This document shows positions 13,479 through 26,120 of a stretch of DNA of 64,000 nt, piece after piece; positions within the stretch are counted from its first letter, which is position 1; the number at the start of each line of letters is the position of its first letter. The stretch is taken from contig NC_057757.1 in assembly GCF_004010195.1 (NCBI RefSeq), positions 3,357,851 to 3,421,850 on the forward strand, in the 5' to 3' direction. The translations under genes and the position numbers were made by a program. The notes beneath the pieces are model-generated. The model was not told the origin of the DNA. It made no database searches and was given only the letters and a program-made list of their open reading frames with translations. The stretch comes from Chiloscyllium plagiosum. Lineage: Eukaryota.

Positions 13479-15045
13479 TGTGATGATACTAAAGCTTTAA
13501 GAGATGTATTTTGTCCTGACATTGTTTTAAAGAAAGGTTTTAAGACAGAGGTGCTGAGGTGTTTTTAAAAGTTTGAACAATAGAAGCAACCCAGATGAGT
13601 GTGGTCAAGCTCCCACAAAACCAGGATTTTTCATTTTAGCTTTCAATGGTTGTTGCTGGCTCTCAGCAGGGTTTGGAAGTTGCAGTTCATATCTCTCCCT
13701 CCTGTACCATCTCTCAGAGCTTTCTATGGTGTTGTCCTGCTGCTGGAATTGCATGTGAGACAATCAGTTTTTCTGAATTTGTCTTTGTCAAAGGTGTATT
13801 TATGGAATGTTACTATGGATGTAGGCTTGCTCGCTGAGCAAGGTTCATTTCCAGATGTGTCATTTCCTGTGGTGATGTTATTTCCTGTTCTTTTTCTCAG
13901 GGCATGGTAGATAGGGTCTAACTTGATGTGTTTGTTGATAGAGTTCCACTTGGAATGCCATGCGTCTAGGAATTCTCGTGCATGTCTCTGTTTGGCTTGT
14001 CCTAGGATGGATGCGTTGTCCCAGTTGAAATGGTGTCCTGCCTTATCTGTATGTAAGGATACTAGTGAGAGAGGGCCATGTCTTTTTGTGGCTAATTGGT
14101 GTTCATGTATCCTGTGTCATGTATCATGTAACACCAACTAGCCACAAAACGACATGACCCTCTCTCACTAGTATCCTTACGTACAGATAAGGAAGGGCAC
14201 CACTTTGGCTGGGACAACACATCCATCCTAGTCTAGGTTAGAGTGGTGCTGGAAAAGCACAGCAGGTCAGGCAGCATCTGAAGAGCAGGAAAATCAACGT
14301 TTCAGGCAAAAGTCCTTCATCAGGAATGAAAGCAGGTAGCCTCCAGGGTGGAGAGATAAATGGGAGGGGAGTGGGGCTGGGGAGAAGGTAGCCAAGAGTA
14401 CAATAGGTGGATGGAGGTGGGGATGAAGGTGATAGGTCAGAGAGGAGGGTGGAGCAGAAGGAAGATTGGCAGGTAGGACAGGTCCTGAGGACGGTGCTGA
14501 GCCAGAAGGTTGAAACTGGGGTAAGGTGGCGGGAGGGGAAATGAGGAAACTGGTGAAGTCCACATTGATGCCCTGGGGTTGAAGTGTTCTGAGGCAGAAC
14601 AAAAAAACCTCTCTCCACCTTGGAGGCTCCCTGCCTTCATTGAAATGACATCACCAACCCAAAGAAACCCAAACATATCAATAAAAAGCAGGAATCATGA
14701 ACAGTGCTTTGCCTAGAGGCCCACTGAAGATGTTACCTAGTGGGGTGACAAAACGTATGGAAATGAACCTTCCAGCTCAGTGAGCAAGCCTACATCCAGA
14801 ACCTCAACCTGAGCTACAAATCTTGCAAAACACGCTAGGATGTTACTATATTGGAACAGTTAATTAATCATAATAACAATATCTATTATTTTGTTAAACA
14901 TTTTGACAGAGTTATAATTAAGCCAATACTTTTCTTTTTCTTTTCTTTTGTTATATTTTACCTATAGCATGTGAATAAAGAATAGTTTGACCAGTTGAAA
15001 TACATCTAGACTGCAAAGTGAGGGGATTTGGTCTGTTCCATAACA
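13479..15045 (+). mobile_element. Solo-LTR-like element interrupted by nested Penelope-like insertions (13817-14839)
   Basis: TG...CA ends (TGTGATGATA...CCATAACA), flanks GAAC/GAAG, similar to 51953-52598. Inner insertion flanked by ATGTTACTAT (13807-13816, 14840-14849). Confidence 0.65.
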
Positions 15046-15249
15046 GAAGACCCTGTCAAAGACCAGCTGTTCCAATATATTCATCAACATCTTCCATCTC
15101 TTCCACATTAGTGATAGTCCTCTCTGACTGTAACATGACAGAATCCTTTGAGATCAGAACAGTGGTCAGGTAGGGATGTGACACTTTGTCCACCCTTTTC
15201 ACCTCCTTCATCACCGCCATTCTTCATTTTGTTAAGAATAAGCTTCTCA

Positions 15250-15900
15250 GAGTCACAGAGATGTACAGCATGGAAACAGACCCTTTGGTCCAACTCATCC
15301 ATGCTGACCAGAAAGCCGAAATTAATCTCGTCCCATTTGCCAGCTCATACCCTTCCAAACCCTTTCCTATTCATATACCCATCCAGATGCCTTTAAAAAT
15401 TACAATTGTACCAGCCTCCACCACTTCCTCTGGCAGTTAATTCCATACGCTCACCACTCTCTGCATGAAAATATTGCCCCTTCAGTCCCTTTTAAATGTT
15501 TCCTGTCTCACCTTAAACCTAAGCCATTTTCTTTTGGACTCCCCCACCCCAGGGAAAAGACCTTGACTATGCACTCCATCCATGCCCCTCATGATGTTAT
15601 AAACCTCCAAAAGGTCACCCCTCAGCCTCTGATGCTCCAGCAAAAACAGCCCCAGCCTATCCAGCCTCTCCCTATAGCTCAAACCCTCCAATCCTGGCAA
15701 CATCTTTGTCAACCTTTTCTAAACCACTTCAAGTTTCACAACATCCTTCCTATAGCAGGGAGATGGGACTTGAACACAATATTCCAAAAGTGACCTAATC
15801 AATGTCCTACACAGCCATAATATGCCCTTCAACTCCTATACTCAATGCACTAACCAATAAAAGCAAGCAGACCAAACGCCTTCTTCACTATCCTGTCTAC
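15250..15900 (-). mobile_element. CR1-like LINE 3' fragment
   Basis: MLPGLEGLSYRERLDRLGLFLLEHQRLRGDLLEVY. Confidence 0.88.
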
Positions 15901-15929
15901 CTTCCACTTCCAAGGAACTATGAACATGC

Positions 15930-17200
15930 ACTCCAAGTTTCTGGGTGTAGAAATTTTCTACAAGATGGACAGAAAGTTTTTCAACCTCAGCAAGTTGAAA
16001 CCCAAGAAGATGACACTGGCTTCTTTTGTTGAAGGTGACAACCTTACCTCTGCTGTCTCAGAAAGCCTCACATATCATCTTGGCAGAAGCACACAGAAGA
16101 ATTGGTCTCAGCCTCAATCTCAAGGAGGCTCGAAACGTGTCCCAAGGTCAAGTTGCATTCCATCCTTCTGTTAAGGGAGAAATCCTCTCAAATGTAGAAC
16201 ATTTCTTTTGCCTGGGAAGCTACCTCTCATCTAAGATTGACATCAATATGGGGATTCAACATCACATCCAATCTGCAAGAGTTGCCTCTGGATGACTAAG
16301 GATGAGAGTCTTCAATGACATTGGTGTCCATGCTGTTACCAAGACCTTTGTGTGTAAGGCACCTTTCTGACTCTCTATATAGCTCCAAAGCTTGGACTAC
16401 AAATGGATGCCACCTCAAGATCCTTGAGAAGAACCATTAACAGCCAATAGCACTAGAATCAAGACATCACCTTCTAAACCCATGACCACTTCCATCTAGA
16501 AGGACAAGGGTAACAGACATACGGGAACACCACCACCTGCAAGTTCTCCTCCAAGCCACTCACTACCCTGAATTGGAAATATATCACTATAGTTGGGTCT
16601 AAATTCTGGATTGTCTCCCGAATGGCATTGTGGGTCAACCTTCAGCAGGTGGACTGAAGGTTGACCCACCTTTGCAAGGGCAAATAGGGATGGGCAATAA
16701 ATGCTGACCAGCCAGTGATACCCACGTCCCACAGAATGAATTTTTAAAAATGCTCATTCTAAACCAACTCCACTGGATCTGCCACGTTCTCGAATGTCTG
16801 CATTCCAACTGCCAAAGCAAATCATCTTCACCCAGCTCAAAGGAGGCACTCAAATGAGAGAAGGACAAGGGAAGCATTTCAATGACTCATTGAAAGCTAC
16901 CCGCAAGAAATGCAACATGGATATCAACGCATAGGAGACTCATTCAGAAAAAAAATCTAATTTGAAGGAAGTTCCGAGATGAAGAAGCACAATTTTTCAA
17001 GACTACCCATCTGCAAGAGAAAGTTCAGGAAATGAACTGGAGGAAAGAATACCAGTGACCTCAAGGAGAATGCCAGGTCCTGAAAACACCTGCCAAATGC
17101 ATGGTGGGCGGTGTGGCTCTTGGCTTGGGCTCATCAACCCAAAAGGACCCACAGAACCCCTGACTTGTGCCATGGAATATCTTAGGTGGACAATCATACT
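15930..17200 (+). mobile_element. Degenerate RTE-like LINE 3' fragment with nested repeat
   Basis: MDRKFFNLSKLK, LSNVEHFFCLGSYLSSKIDINMGIQHHIQSA, and a C-terminal Cys-rich remnant. Confidence 0.65.
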
Positions 17201-17959
17201 CATTAGGAGAAAGTGGGGACTGCAGATGCTGGAGATCAGAGTCAAGAGTGTGGTACTGGAAAGACACAACAGGTCAGGCAGCATCCAAGGAGCAGAAGAA
17301 TCGATGTTTCTGGCATAAGCCCTTCAATCATACTCATTAGCAAGTGACTGCTGATGACAATGATGGCAAATGTCAGTCAACTACTTCAGAGTTCATGCCC
17401 CTCCCTTTCCTCCATCATCAGGTTTAGAAATGTGATATTCACTGATGATTGCACAATTTTCAGCACCATTCATGACTTCTCAGATAGGGAAATAATTTTG
17501 GTTCATATGAGTCAAAGCATATATAATATGCTACTTGGATTGATACATGGTAAGTAACATTTGCATCACAATAATCTCAGCAATTACCATCTCCATCAAG
17601 GGAGAATCTAACTATCAGCCCTTGACATTCAACTGCATTACCATTGTTGAAACCCCATCAATATCTTAGGAGTTATCACTGACCAGAAACTGAATTGGTT
17701 CAGCCATACCAATACCGTGGCCAAACCGAATAAATACTTGGAATCCTGATTAAATATCTCACCCCTTGACCTTCCAAAGCTTATCCATCATCTACAAAGC
17801 ACATGTCAGGATGAATGCAGCTTCAGCAATACCCAGAAAGCTCAAAACCATCCAGGAGAAAGAAACCCAATTGATTGACACCCAGCCACAAACATTCAAT
17901 ATCTTTTCTCTCTACCATTGATACATAGTAATAGTTGAAGCAGGCACTTTGCATGTTTG

Positions 17960-18700
17960 CCTTCATTGCCCAGACCATTGAGTGTAGGAAACAAAAAATT
18001 GTCGAATATCATAGTGGGTCAGGCAGCATCCATGAAGAGAGAGCAAGCTAAAGTTTCGAGTCTAGATGACTCTTCTGAAGCATCTGCTGTAATTTACTCT
18101 TTTACTGCGTATAGGAGTTAAGACATCACAGTGCCGTTGTACTAGATGTTGGTGAGGCCACTTTTGGTGTAATGTGAGCAGTTCTGGTCTCTCTACTGTA
18201 GGAAGGATATTATTAAATTGGAAAGGATGCAGAAAAGATATACAAACATATTACCAGGACTGGAGAGTTTGAGTTATAAGGAGAGGCTGGATTTCTTTTC
18301 ACTAGAGTGTAGGAGGTTGAGGAGTGACCTTATGGAGGTTTATAAAATAATGAGGGGCATAGATAAGGTGAATAGGCAAAGTTTTTTTCCCCCTGGGGTA
18401 GGAGAGTTCACAACTAGAGGGCGTATTTTTATGGTGAGAAGAGAAATATTTAAAAGGGACCTGAAGGGCAACGTTTTCACACAGAAGGTGGTTCATGTAT
18501 TAAATGAACTGCCAAAGGAAGTGACAGATGCAGGTGCAGTTACAACATTTGAAAGACCATTGGACAGGTGCATGAATAGGAAAGGTTTAGAGGGATAGGG
18601 AGCAAATGCAGGCAAATGGGACTAGTCTGGTTGAAGAAACTTTGTCAACATGGATGGGTTAGGTCTGCTTCCATGCTGTATGACGCATGATTCTATCTAC
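17960..18700 (+). mobile_element. CR1-like LINE 3' fragment
   Basis: ERMQKRYTNILPGLESLSYKERL...FTQKVVHVLNELP. Confidence 0.88.
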
Positions 18701-20411
18701 AAGATGCATTGCAGCAATTCACCAAGCCTCCTTAGTCAGCATCTACTGTCCTCTACCATCGAGAAGAACAAGGGCAGCAGATATATGGGAACACCATCAC
18801 CTTCAAGTTTCCCTTCAATCCACTCCCCATCCTGACTTGGAAATGAATCCGCCATTTCTTCAGTGTAGCTGGGTCAAAATCCTGGAATTCTCGCCCAGAC
18901 AACAGTGTGGCTGTAGTTACACCACCAGTAGTTCAAGATGGCTGCTCACCATCACCTTCTCAAGGGGCAATTAGAGATGGACAATAAACGCTGACCCAGT
19001 CAGAGACACTCAAAGCCTGTCAATGAGTAAATAAATATCCCACCTCTAAAACAAGAGGTGGGGGTGCCGGGTGCGGAATCCTAGTCAGGACCAATAAAAA
19101 AACTACTCAGTACCCAACACTAAATACCAACAGAGCTTACCAACAGTTTTCAGCTTCTGAAGTAGTCATATCAGATCAGAATTCTATCCCCCTTTAAAAG
19201 CACTGTGTGTGACTCTACGCCAAATGGTGTTCAGGATAGCGGCTTACCAGCACCTTCTCCAAGGTAAATAGGGAGAGGCAATAAATCTTGGTTCAGCCAG
19301 CAACGCCCCACATCCCGTGAATGGAATAGAAAGGAAACCGAATTAAAGTCAGACGCGATTCAAAACCCACATCTTATGTGAGGGGAGACTAAGAAAGTGA
19401 CTGTTCTCACGCTGCGAATCCCTCGCAATGAAAGACTACATTCCCCGGGGGAGGGCAAACCAGAGTCATCAGCAAAGACATCGACGCCCCGCACAATGCG
19501 GCAGAACAGTCTCGACTGATTCGGAATGTAACAATCCGTGCCCTGGTTAGCGTGGGGCAGGCCAATGCCGACAGGGAAATGGATTTCTTAAAAGAATTTA
19601 AACAAAACCGAACCGGGCCAACAGAGCGGAATGTTCTGCATTTCCTCCAATGGAGTGGAGGATTACATTATTCTCACAGATTAGAATAAAGATGTTTGCA
19701 CATAACGTTCAATTTATAAATTCAACATATATACGGGCAGATGGATACCTGTGGAAACATTGTATTTTACACATAGAGAGTATATATAGGGTTTATTCTA
19801 TACATTGGTGGTATTGCATATAAATGAGCATATCATGTATACGTGTAACGTTACTACTATAACATAATATAATATTTATAAATAAATGACATACTTGAAT
19901 ATCCAGACTTCACTAATGCTAAACTGTATTGCAGTAATACACTGGTGAGCAGCTTAATTTTGGTGCTCGGTATTTGACATATTTTCATTTTATTTTGATC
20001 CAACTTTCTTCTCTGGCGTAATCATCTGGAAACCCCACTCATGTTAACTGGCGTGTTCTAGAAACGTCCTTTGGTTCTCTCGGGAAACAGCTTTTAATCA
20101 GATTCAGCCGAAAGTCTCGCTATCGTATATATATATATAAATATATATATATTTTAGTGTTCGTCCCTCATTATTCCTTTGTCTGGAATTTGATTTATTT
20201 TTTTCTCTCTCTCTTTGTCTCAAATTTTATTTTAGTTTTCGGCCGAGATTGTATCTGCATGAGGACCAGACTGAATCGCAGTGTCCATGGTTGTCTAGGT
20301 GTCTTCTTGCAGCTGTGCCCTTCCTCTATTGTGAATGGAGCCGAGATTTCATTCATGAAATCCGGGGCTGCGGGTGATTTCCACACGAGAGGCTGGGGAT
20401 GAATGAACCGA

Positions 20412-20486
20412 TGACGTCAATGCAAGGTGACGTCAGGGGGGGCGTGGAATCAAAGGGGGGGGATGTTCCCAGAAAGAGCATAAAAG
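20412..20486 (+). promoter_or_regulatory. VGF: VGF core promoter: two full CREs, GC box, TATA-like box
   Basis: TGACGTCA at 20412-20419 and 20428-20435, GGGGGGGCGTGG at 20436-20447, CATAAAAG at 20479-20486. Local CpG enrichment. A CRE + GC + TATA + RE1 layout is established for mammalian VGF. Confidence 0.85.
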
Positions 20487-20491
20487 CCACG

Positions 20492-20721
20492 GGCGCTGTC
20501 CGCGGTCCTGAAACCCACGGAGCCTGATCTACGGACGCTGTCCACGGTTCTGAAACCCCACCAGAGTCAAGAAACTGCAGGCGCTGTCCACGGACCTGAA
20601 ACCCACAGAGCCACGGGCTGCTGTCCGCGGAGCTGAAGCCCCAGCTGTCAGATCCACGGGGGCTGACGGTGGTGCTGAAACCTACAGTGTCTAATCCGCG
20701 GGCGCTGTCCGAGGTTTTGAA
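20492..20721 (-). promoter_or_regulatory. Array of six RE1/NRSE (REST-binding) elements
   Basis: 21-mers at 20492, 20534, 20580, 20617, 20659 and 20701 match the reverse complement of the RE1 consensus (GGCGCTGTCCGTGGTGCTGAA), e.g. GGCGCTGTCCGCGGTCCTGAA. Confidence 0.85.
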
Positions 20722-20812
20722 ACTCTGACAGCTGGAGACCCCAGACGCAGAGCCGTGCCCAGCAAGCATCCCGACTAAATTCTCCTTCACCCTCAGACAC
20801 CGAATCTCCCAG
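20510..20812 (+). other. VGF: Putative non-coding exon 1 of VGF (start approximate)
   Basis: TSS inferred ~30 nt downstream of the TATA-like box. Strong donor CAG|GTAAGA at 20812/20813 pairs with the acceptor at 27294 (intron ~6.5 kb). Confidence 0.7.
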
Positions 20813-23800
20813 GTAAGAGCTACTGGAGCCCAAACATCACCCGAGAGAGCAAATCTCAAACGCCCACAGTTGGTGCGAAATCTCCGAATTAAATGCGATC
20901 AGTCAAACGGTGAGCAAATAAATTCCAAGGTGGTGCAGACAGTTTCCTTTTGACAGTCACAAATCTACCAAAACAACAACAAACAGAAAATATTCACCTT
21001 ATTGCAGGGCATTTAGATGTATAATCATTTTTTTAAATGAATAGAATTATTTTTAATGTATTTCATGGAATGTTGCAATTTGTGAAATGTAACCAATTAG
21101 TACAATGCATTAAGTTATCTCATTATAAAGATTTGCACATGAGGGAATCTTAATTGGGAAATCAATAATTATACACAATTGTATGTTACTGATGTTCAAT
21201 GCTTATTTTGTGTTTATGTATTCTCTATATAAAAACATTTGATATATGTTTTTGTGCATTCTCATTATATGTTAATGCATATGTTATAATGTATATTTAT
21301 TGTTTTTATATAGTTATGTTTACAGATGGGGAACTCTCCAGTAACACATACAGCAGAGTCGGCATTAGCTTGCTTGTTTCACAATGTAGACTACAGTTTC
21401 GGGAATCACTAAAATACCTCACTCATTCTTGAAGTGCATCCATTTCCCTGGCAGTGAATGGGAATGAACTGGTTCTGTCTGCGTGCATCAGGAGGGGATG
21501 GGCAATAATCCTGGACAGCCACATTCTGGCTGAATTGTGTGCTGTCAGCAGCTCCAGTCTCTGGCAGCAGCACAAATGGGATTCCCCTGTTCAGGGCTGG
21601 CCTTTAGGTTGAGTCCTGATCCGAGTCACATATCTCTGCCTTGCTTCTTTCAAAATTCAAGTGGCTGGACACTTACCATGCATACAGACTAATAGAACGA
21701 GAGAGAGAGAGAGAGAGATGAGGTGGTTATTACGTTAATTGATAGATAGATAGACAGACAGACAGATAAATGGATAGCAAGAAGAGATGGATAGACAGAC
21801 AGATGTATTGAGGTAAATATGCAAGCATCGTTATTCTGGTGTCAGACCAGTTGCGTTGGTGCACTAACCATTACTGATGTGCTAGCTCACTCCCAGTGCA
21901 GGCGGCAAGTTTTCTCCCTGTCTGCAGTTACCAGATTAAAATGAATGGACAACTGAGGCAGAATCCTAGATGGAGTGAGTATTCAGGATAGAGTGATGTC
22001 TTAGACAATGACATCCATACACACACACACACACAGAGCTGAATGTCCCTTCCAAGGGAAAGGACACCCCTCCATTCCAATCCCTGCACCATTCAGTAGC
22101 TTAGAGCTGTCATGGCCCAACAGAAATGCCTGGAGTTGCTGTGGTAACCAGGAGGCTGCAGACGTGGACAGTCTTAGGAGACTGCAGATCAATTGGTTGT
22201 CATGGTAGCAGCTACTGATGTCCTGCAGCTTGGCCGCTGTATGCAAACCCTTTCACTTCAGAACACATTTATTCTTCAAATCGGAAAAAAGGAGAACATG
22301 GACCGCCTGTGATTCTTGGCCATATCCTCGGAAAGTTCCCCTTACAGCTGTGAAAAGGTTTCATTGTCAGTTTTCACATTCATCTTGAATAGAAACTGGC
22401 AAGCTTGCCAATACAATACAAATCTGCTTATCCTCCTTGAGCTATAGCTGTACAGGTGGAACTAGACTGTGCATCAGTGGAGACAGACACAAAAGCACAT
22501 ATGAGACACTTAGAGAAAGAGACACTCAGTTGCACACATACAGAGATATATAAACCATTGTGCATATATAGTGATAACACACAGACACACATGTAGTGAG
22601 GTATTTATGCATAAATGCATTTAGTTGATATACACATATCTATATCTATCAGAGATATATACCCAAAGACACATATACACTAAGATATATGCACACAGAT
22701 GACATATAGAAAAATGTACATGCAGATAAGCACACATATAGAGAAACATTCCAATGTAGGAAAAGAGGAATACTTACACCAACACATATGCAAAGATAGC
22801 TACAAACAGACATAAAGAAAGACATACAGAGATATAGAGAAATATACAAATGGACATATATACAGAGATAGCTACAAATAGACAGAGAAAGACATACATA
22901 CAGGCATCTCTAAAATCATAACAAAACATATACATACATATAGACACGCATTAACTCATGTAGAGAGAGATGTACGTGCAAATACACATTATGCACAGAT
23001 GAACACATACATATGCTTACAGAGGGATATGCATACAACACATACAGGTATACAAGTACACAAAAAGGGAGACAGAATGTGGCATTTGCAGGATGGTACA
23101 AGGAGCAGAGATACAGCGATAACTGAGACTATGAAATAAGGTTTATAACACAGACAGACAGCAGGACAACACGTCAAAATGAAAGAATAGGGAGCGACAA
23201 ACAGAAGGGGGAAACAGCAACGCAGAGGGAGAGAGATTTTGGTGCTCATGAATATGTGGAAGGGAACAATACATAATATTAGGGAGAGAAAATGTGCATG
23301 AGTAATGATGCCCTGAGTTTGTTCACCTGCCCAGATCCTCTTTTCCGACCTTGGTGTCATCCTCGCTCTGTCTGTATGAATCTTAGTGTTTCTGTCTCTT
23401 TCTGCTTATTCTTAATGGTTTATTTCCAATTCCTCTCACTGGTTCCTCTCACTCACTTTCAATATCTATCTTTGTGTCTCAATCCCTCATTCTCTCTCTC
23501 TCTCTCAGTCTCGGTGGTAAGACCTTTTCTGAATTTGTATTCCTGCTTCATTGCATAATTATCCCCCCCACCCCATCCCACCCTCCCTCTCAATGTCTCT
23601 GCTTATCTTCTACTATCACTCTGTCTATGTATCGGGTGCATCTCCCTCTTTCCTTTTACTTGGTTAAATTACAATCCTATCCCTTTGTGTGTTCTCTCTC
23701 TGCTTTCGTTGTCTCTTTGCCAATCTACACAACCATCTTTCTCATTTTATCTCTTCGGCTTCTTTTCTTTCTTTTTATTATTTTTTTCTTGTTCCTTCCT

Positions 23801-24182
23801 TCTTTCCTCTCTTTCTCCTCCAGGATTTATGCCTACATCTTTCTCTTTGTCTTGGTCTGTCTCCATCTTGCCAGCTTTCTCTGTTTCTGTCCCTGGGTTT
23901 CAGTGTCTTTGTCCATCTCCTTCAGGCCAAAGAAAATCTAAATAGCCAAGGCACCTTTTCATGCCAAAGAGAATATCCAGGGTCAAGCCAGTGATCAAAT
24001 ATGCTGCCTGCCATTCACCAGATTTACTTATTGTTTAAAAATGGGATTGTCACAAAAACAGAACTCACAGAAATTCACAGCACACAATTTTTTTTTCAGT
24101 GACAGGAGGTGTGGGTATTGCTGGCTAGATCACCATTTCTTGCCCTCCATTACCTTGGAGAATGAATTCATTTGTCGAAATA

Positions 24183-26120
24183 TATGGTGCTGGAAAAGCA
24201 CAGCCAGCCAGGAGGAGCGAGAGAGTCAAACATTTCAAACATAAGCTCTTCATCAGGAATGAGGGGGGTGGCATAAGTGGGGAGGGGGGGGTGCTGAGAG
24301 ATAAATGGGAGGGACGTAGGTCTGGGGGAAGTTGGCTGGGAATACGATAGGTAATGGAGGTGGGGGGAGTAATGGTGATAGGTCAAAAAGGAGGGTGGAA
24401 TGGATAGGTGGGAAGGAAGATGGACAGGTAGGATAGGTCATGGGGGCAGTGCCGAGTTGGAAGGTCCGCTCTGGGATAAGGTGGGGGGAGGGGAAATGGA
24501 GAAACTGGTGAAATCTACATTGATCCCATGTGGTTGGAGGGTCCCAAGGTGGAAGATGCAGCATACTTCCTCCAGGCGTTGGGTGGCGAGGGTTTTGTCC
24601 AGACCAAAGGGGTAGCTATGGGCACCCACATGGTGGGTGCTATGCCTGCCTCTTCATTGGGTACTTGGAACAATCCACCTTTCACAGCTCCTCCAACACC
24701 ATTCCCCACCTGTTCCTCTGTTAAATCGATGACTGTAGCGGAGCCATCTCATGCTCCCCCAAGAAGGCTGAACAGTTCATCACCTTCACCAACACCTTCC
24801 ACCCTGACCTCAAATTCATCTGGACCATCTTGGAACACCTCCCTCCCCTTCCTGGACCTCTCCATCTCCATTTCTGGTGACAGACTCAACATGGACATCT
24901 ATTTCAAACCCACCAACTCCCACAGCTTCCTGTACTACACTCCTTCCCACCTTTCCTCCTGTAAAAACGTTATCCCTTATTCCCAATTCCTCTGCATCTG
25001 CTTCCAGGAGGACTAATTCCACCGTAGAACATCCCAGATGGCCTCCTTCTTCAAGGACTGCAATTTTCCCTCCCATGTGGTCAATGATGCCCTCTAGCAC
25101 ATCTCTTCCACTTCCCATACCTCTGTCCTTGAACCCCACCTCTCGAATCACAACAAGGACAGAACACCCCCTTGTCCTCACCTTCCACCCCACCAACTCC
25201 AGATGCAATGCATCATCCTCCACAGTTTCTGCCACCTAGAAATAGACACCACCACCAGGAATATATTTTCCTCCCCACCCCTATCTGTGTTCCGCAGAGA
25301 CCATTCCCTCCGTGACTCCCTTGTTAGGTCCACGTCCCCCACTAACCCATCATCCATTCCCACACCTTCCTTTGCCACTGCAAGAAGTGCAAAATCTGTG
25401 CCCACACCTCCTTCCTCACCATTGTCCATTCTTCCACATCTGACAGAGATTTCCCTGTAGTTCCACACACATCATCTACTGTGTCTGTTGCTCTCGGTGT
25501 GGTCCTCTCTACATTGAGGAGACATGACGCTAACTTGTGGAATGTTTCAGAGACCATCTCTGGGACACATGCACTAAATAACCCCACTATCTTGTGGCTT
25601 TAACTCCCCCTCCCACTCCACTAAGGACATGGAAGTCCTGGGCTTCCTCCATCGCTAAATTCTAGCCACCCAACGCTTGGAGGAAGAATGCCTCATCTTC
25701 CGCCTTGGGACCCTCCAACCACATAAGTTCAATGTGGATTTCATCAAATTCTTCATTTCCCCTCCCCTCACCTTATCCTATTTCCAACCCTCCAACTTGG
25801 CACCACCCTCTTGAACTGCCCTACCTATCCATCTTCTTCCCACCTATCCACTCCACCTTCCTCTCTACCTATCACCATCAACCCCCCACCTCCATCAACC
25901 TATCACATTCCCAGCTACCTTTCCCCTAGCCCCACCCCCCTCCCATTTAGCTCTCAGCCCCTCTTGGCCCACCACCTTCCCCCCCAATTCCTGATGAAGA
26001 GCTAATGTTTGAAACGTTAACTCTCCCACTCCTTGAATGCTGTCTGAACGGCTGTGCTTTTCCAGCACCACACATTTTGACTCTGATCTCCAGCAACTGC
26101 AGTCCTTACTTTCTCCTAGA
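24183..26120 (+). mobile_element. Penelope-like retroelement remnant (RT + GIY-YIG) with inverted 5' copy of its 3' end, in the VGF intron
   Basis: QTKGVAMGTHM, LPFLDL...DIYFKPT, IPYSQFL, IYC...C..CGPLYI.ET remnants. ~24183-24590 is the reverse complement of ~25660-26070. Confidence 0.85.

Noticed and set aside
20492..20721. CRISPR-like repeat-spacer appearance
   Set aside because: Vertebrate DNA with no cas genes. The repeats are degenerate and match the REST motif, and the spacers are short and partly related to each other.
20353..20859. 168-aa minus-strand ORF across the promoter
   Set aside because: GC-rich regulatory repeat region with no recognisable domain.
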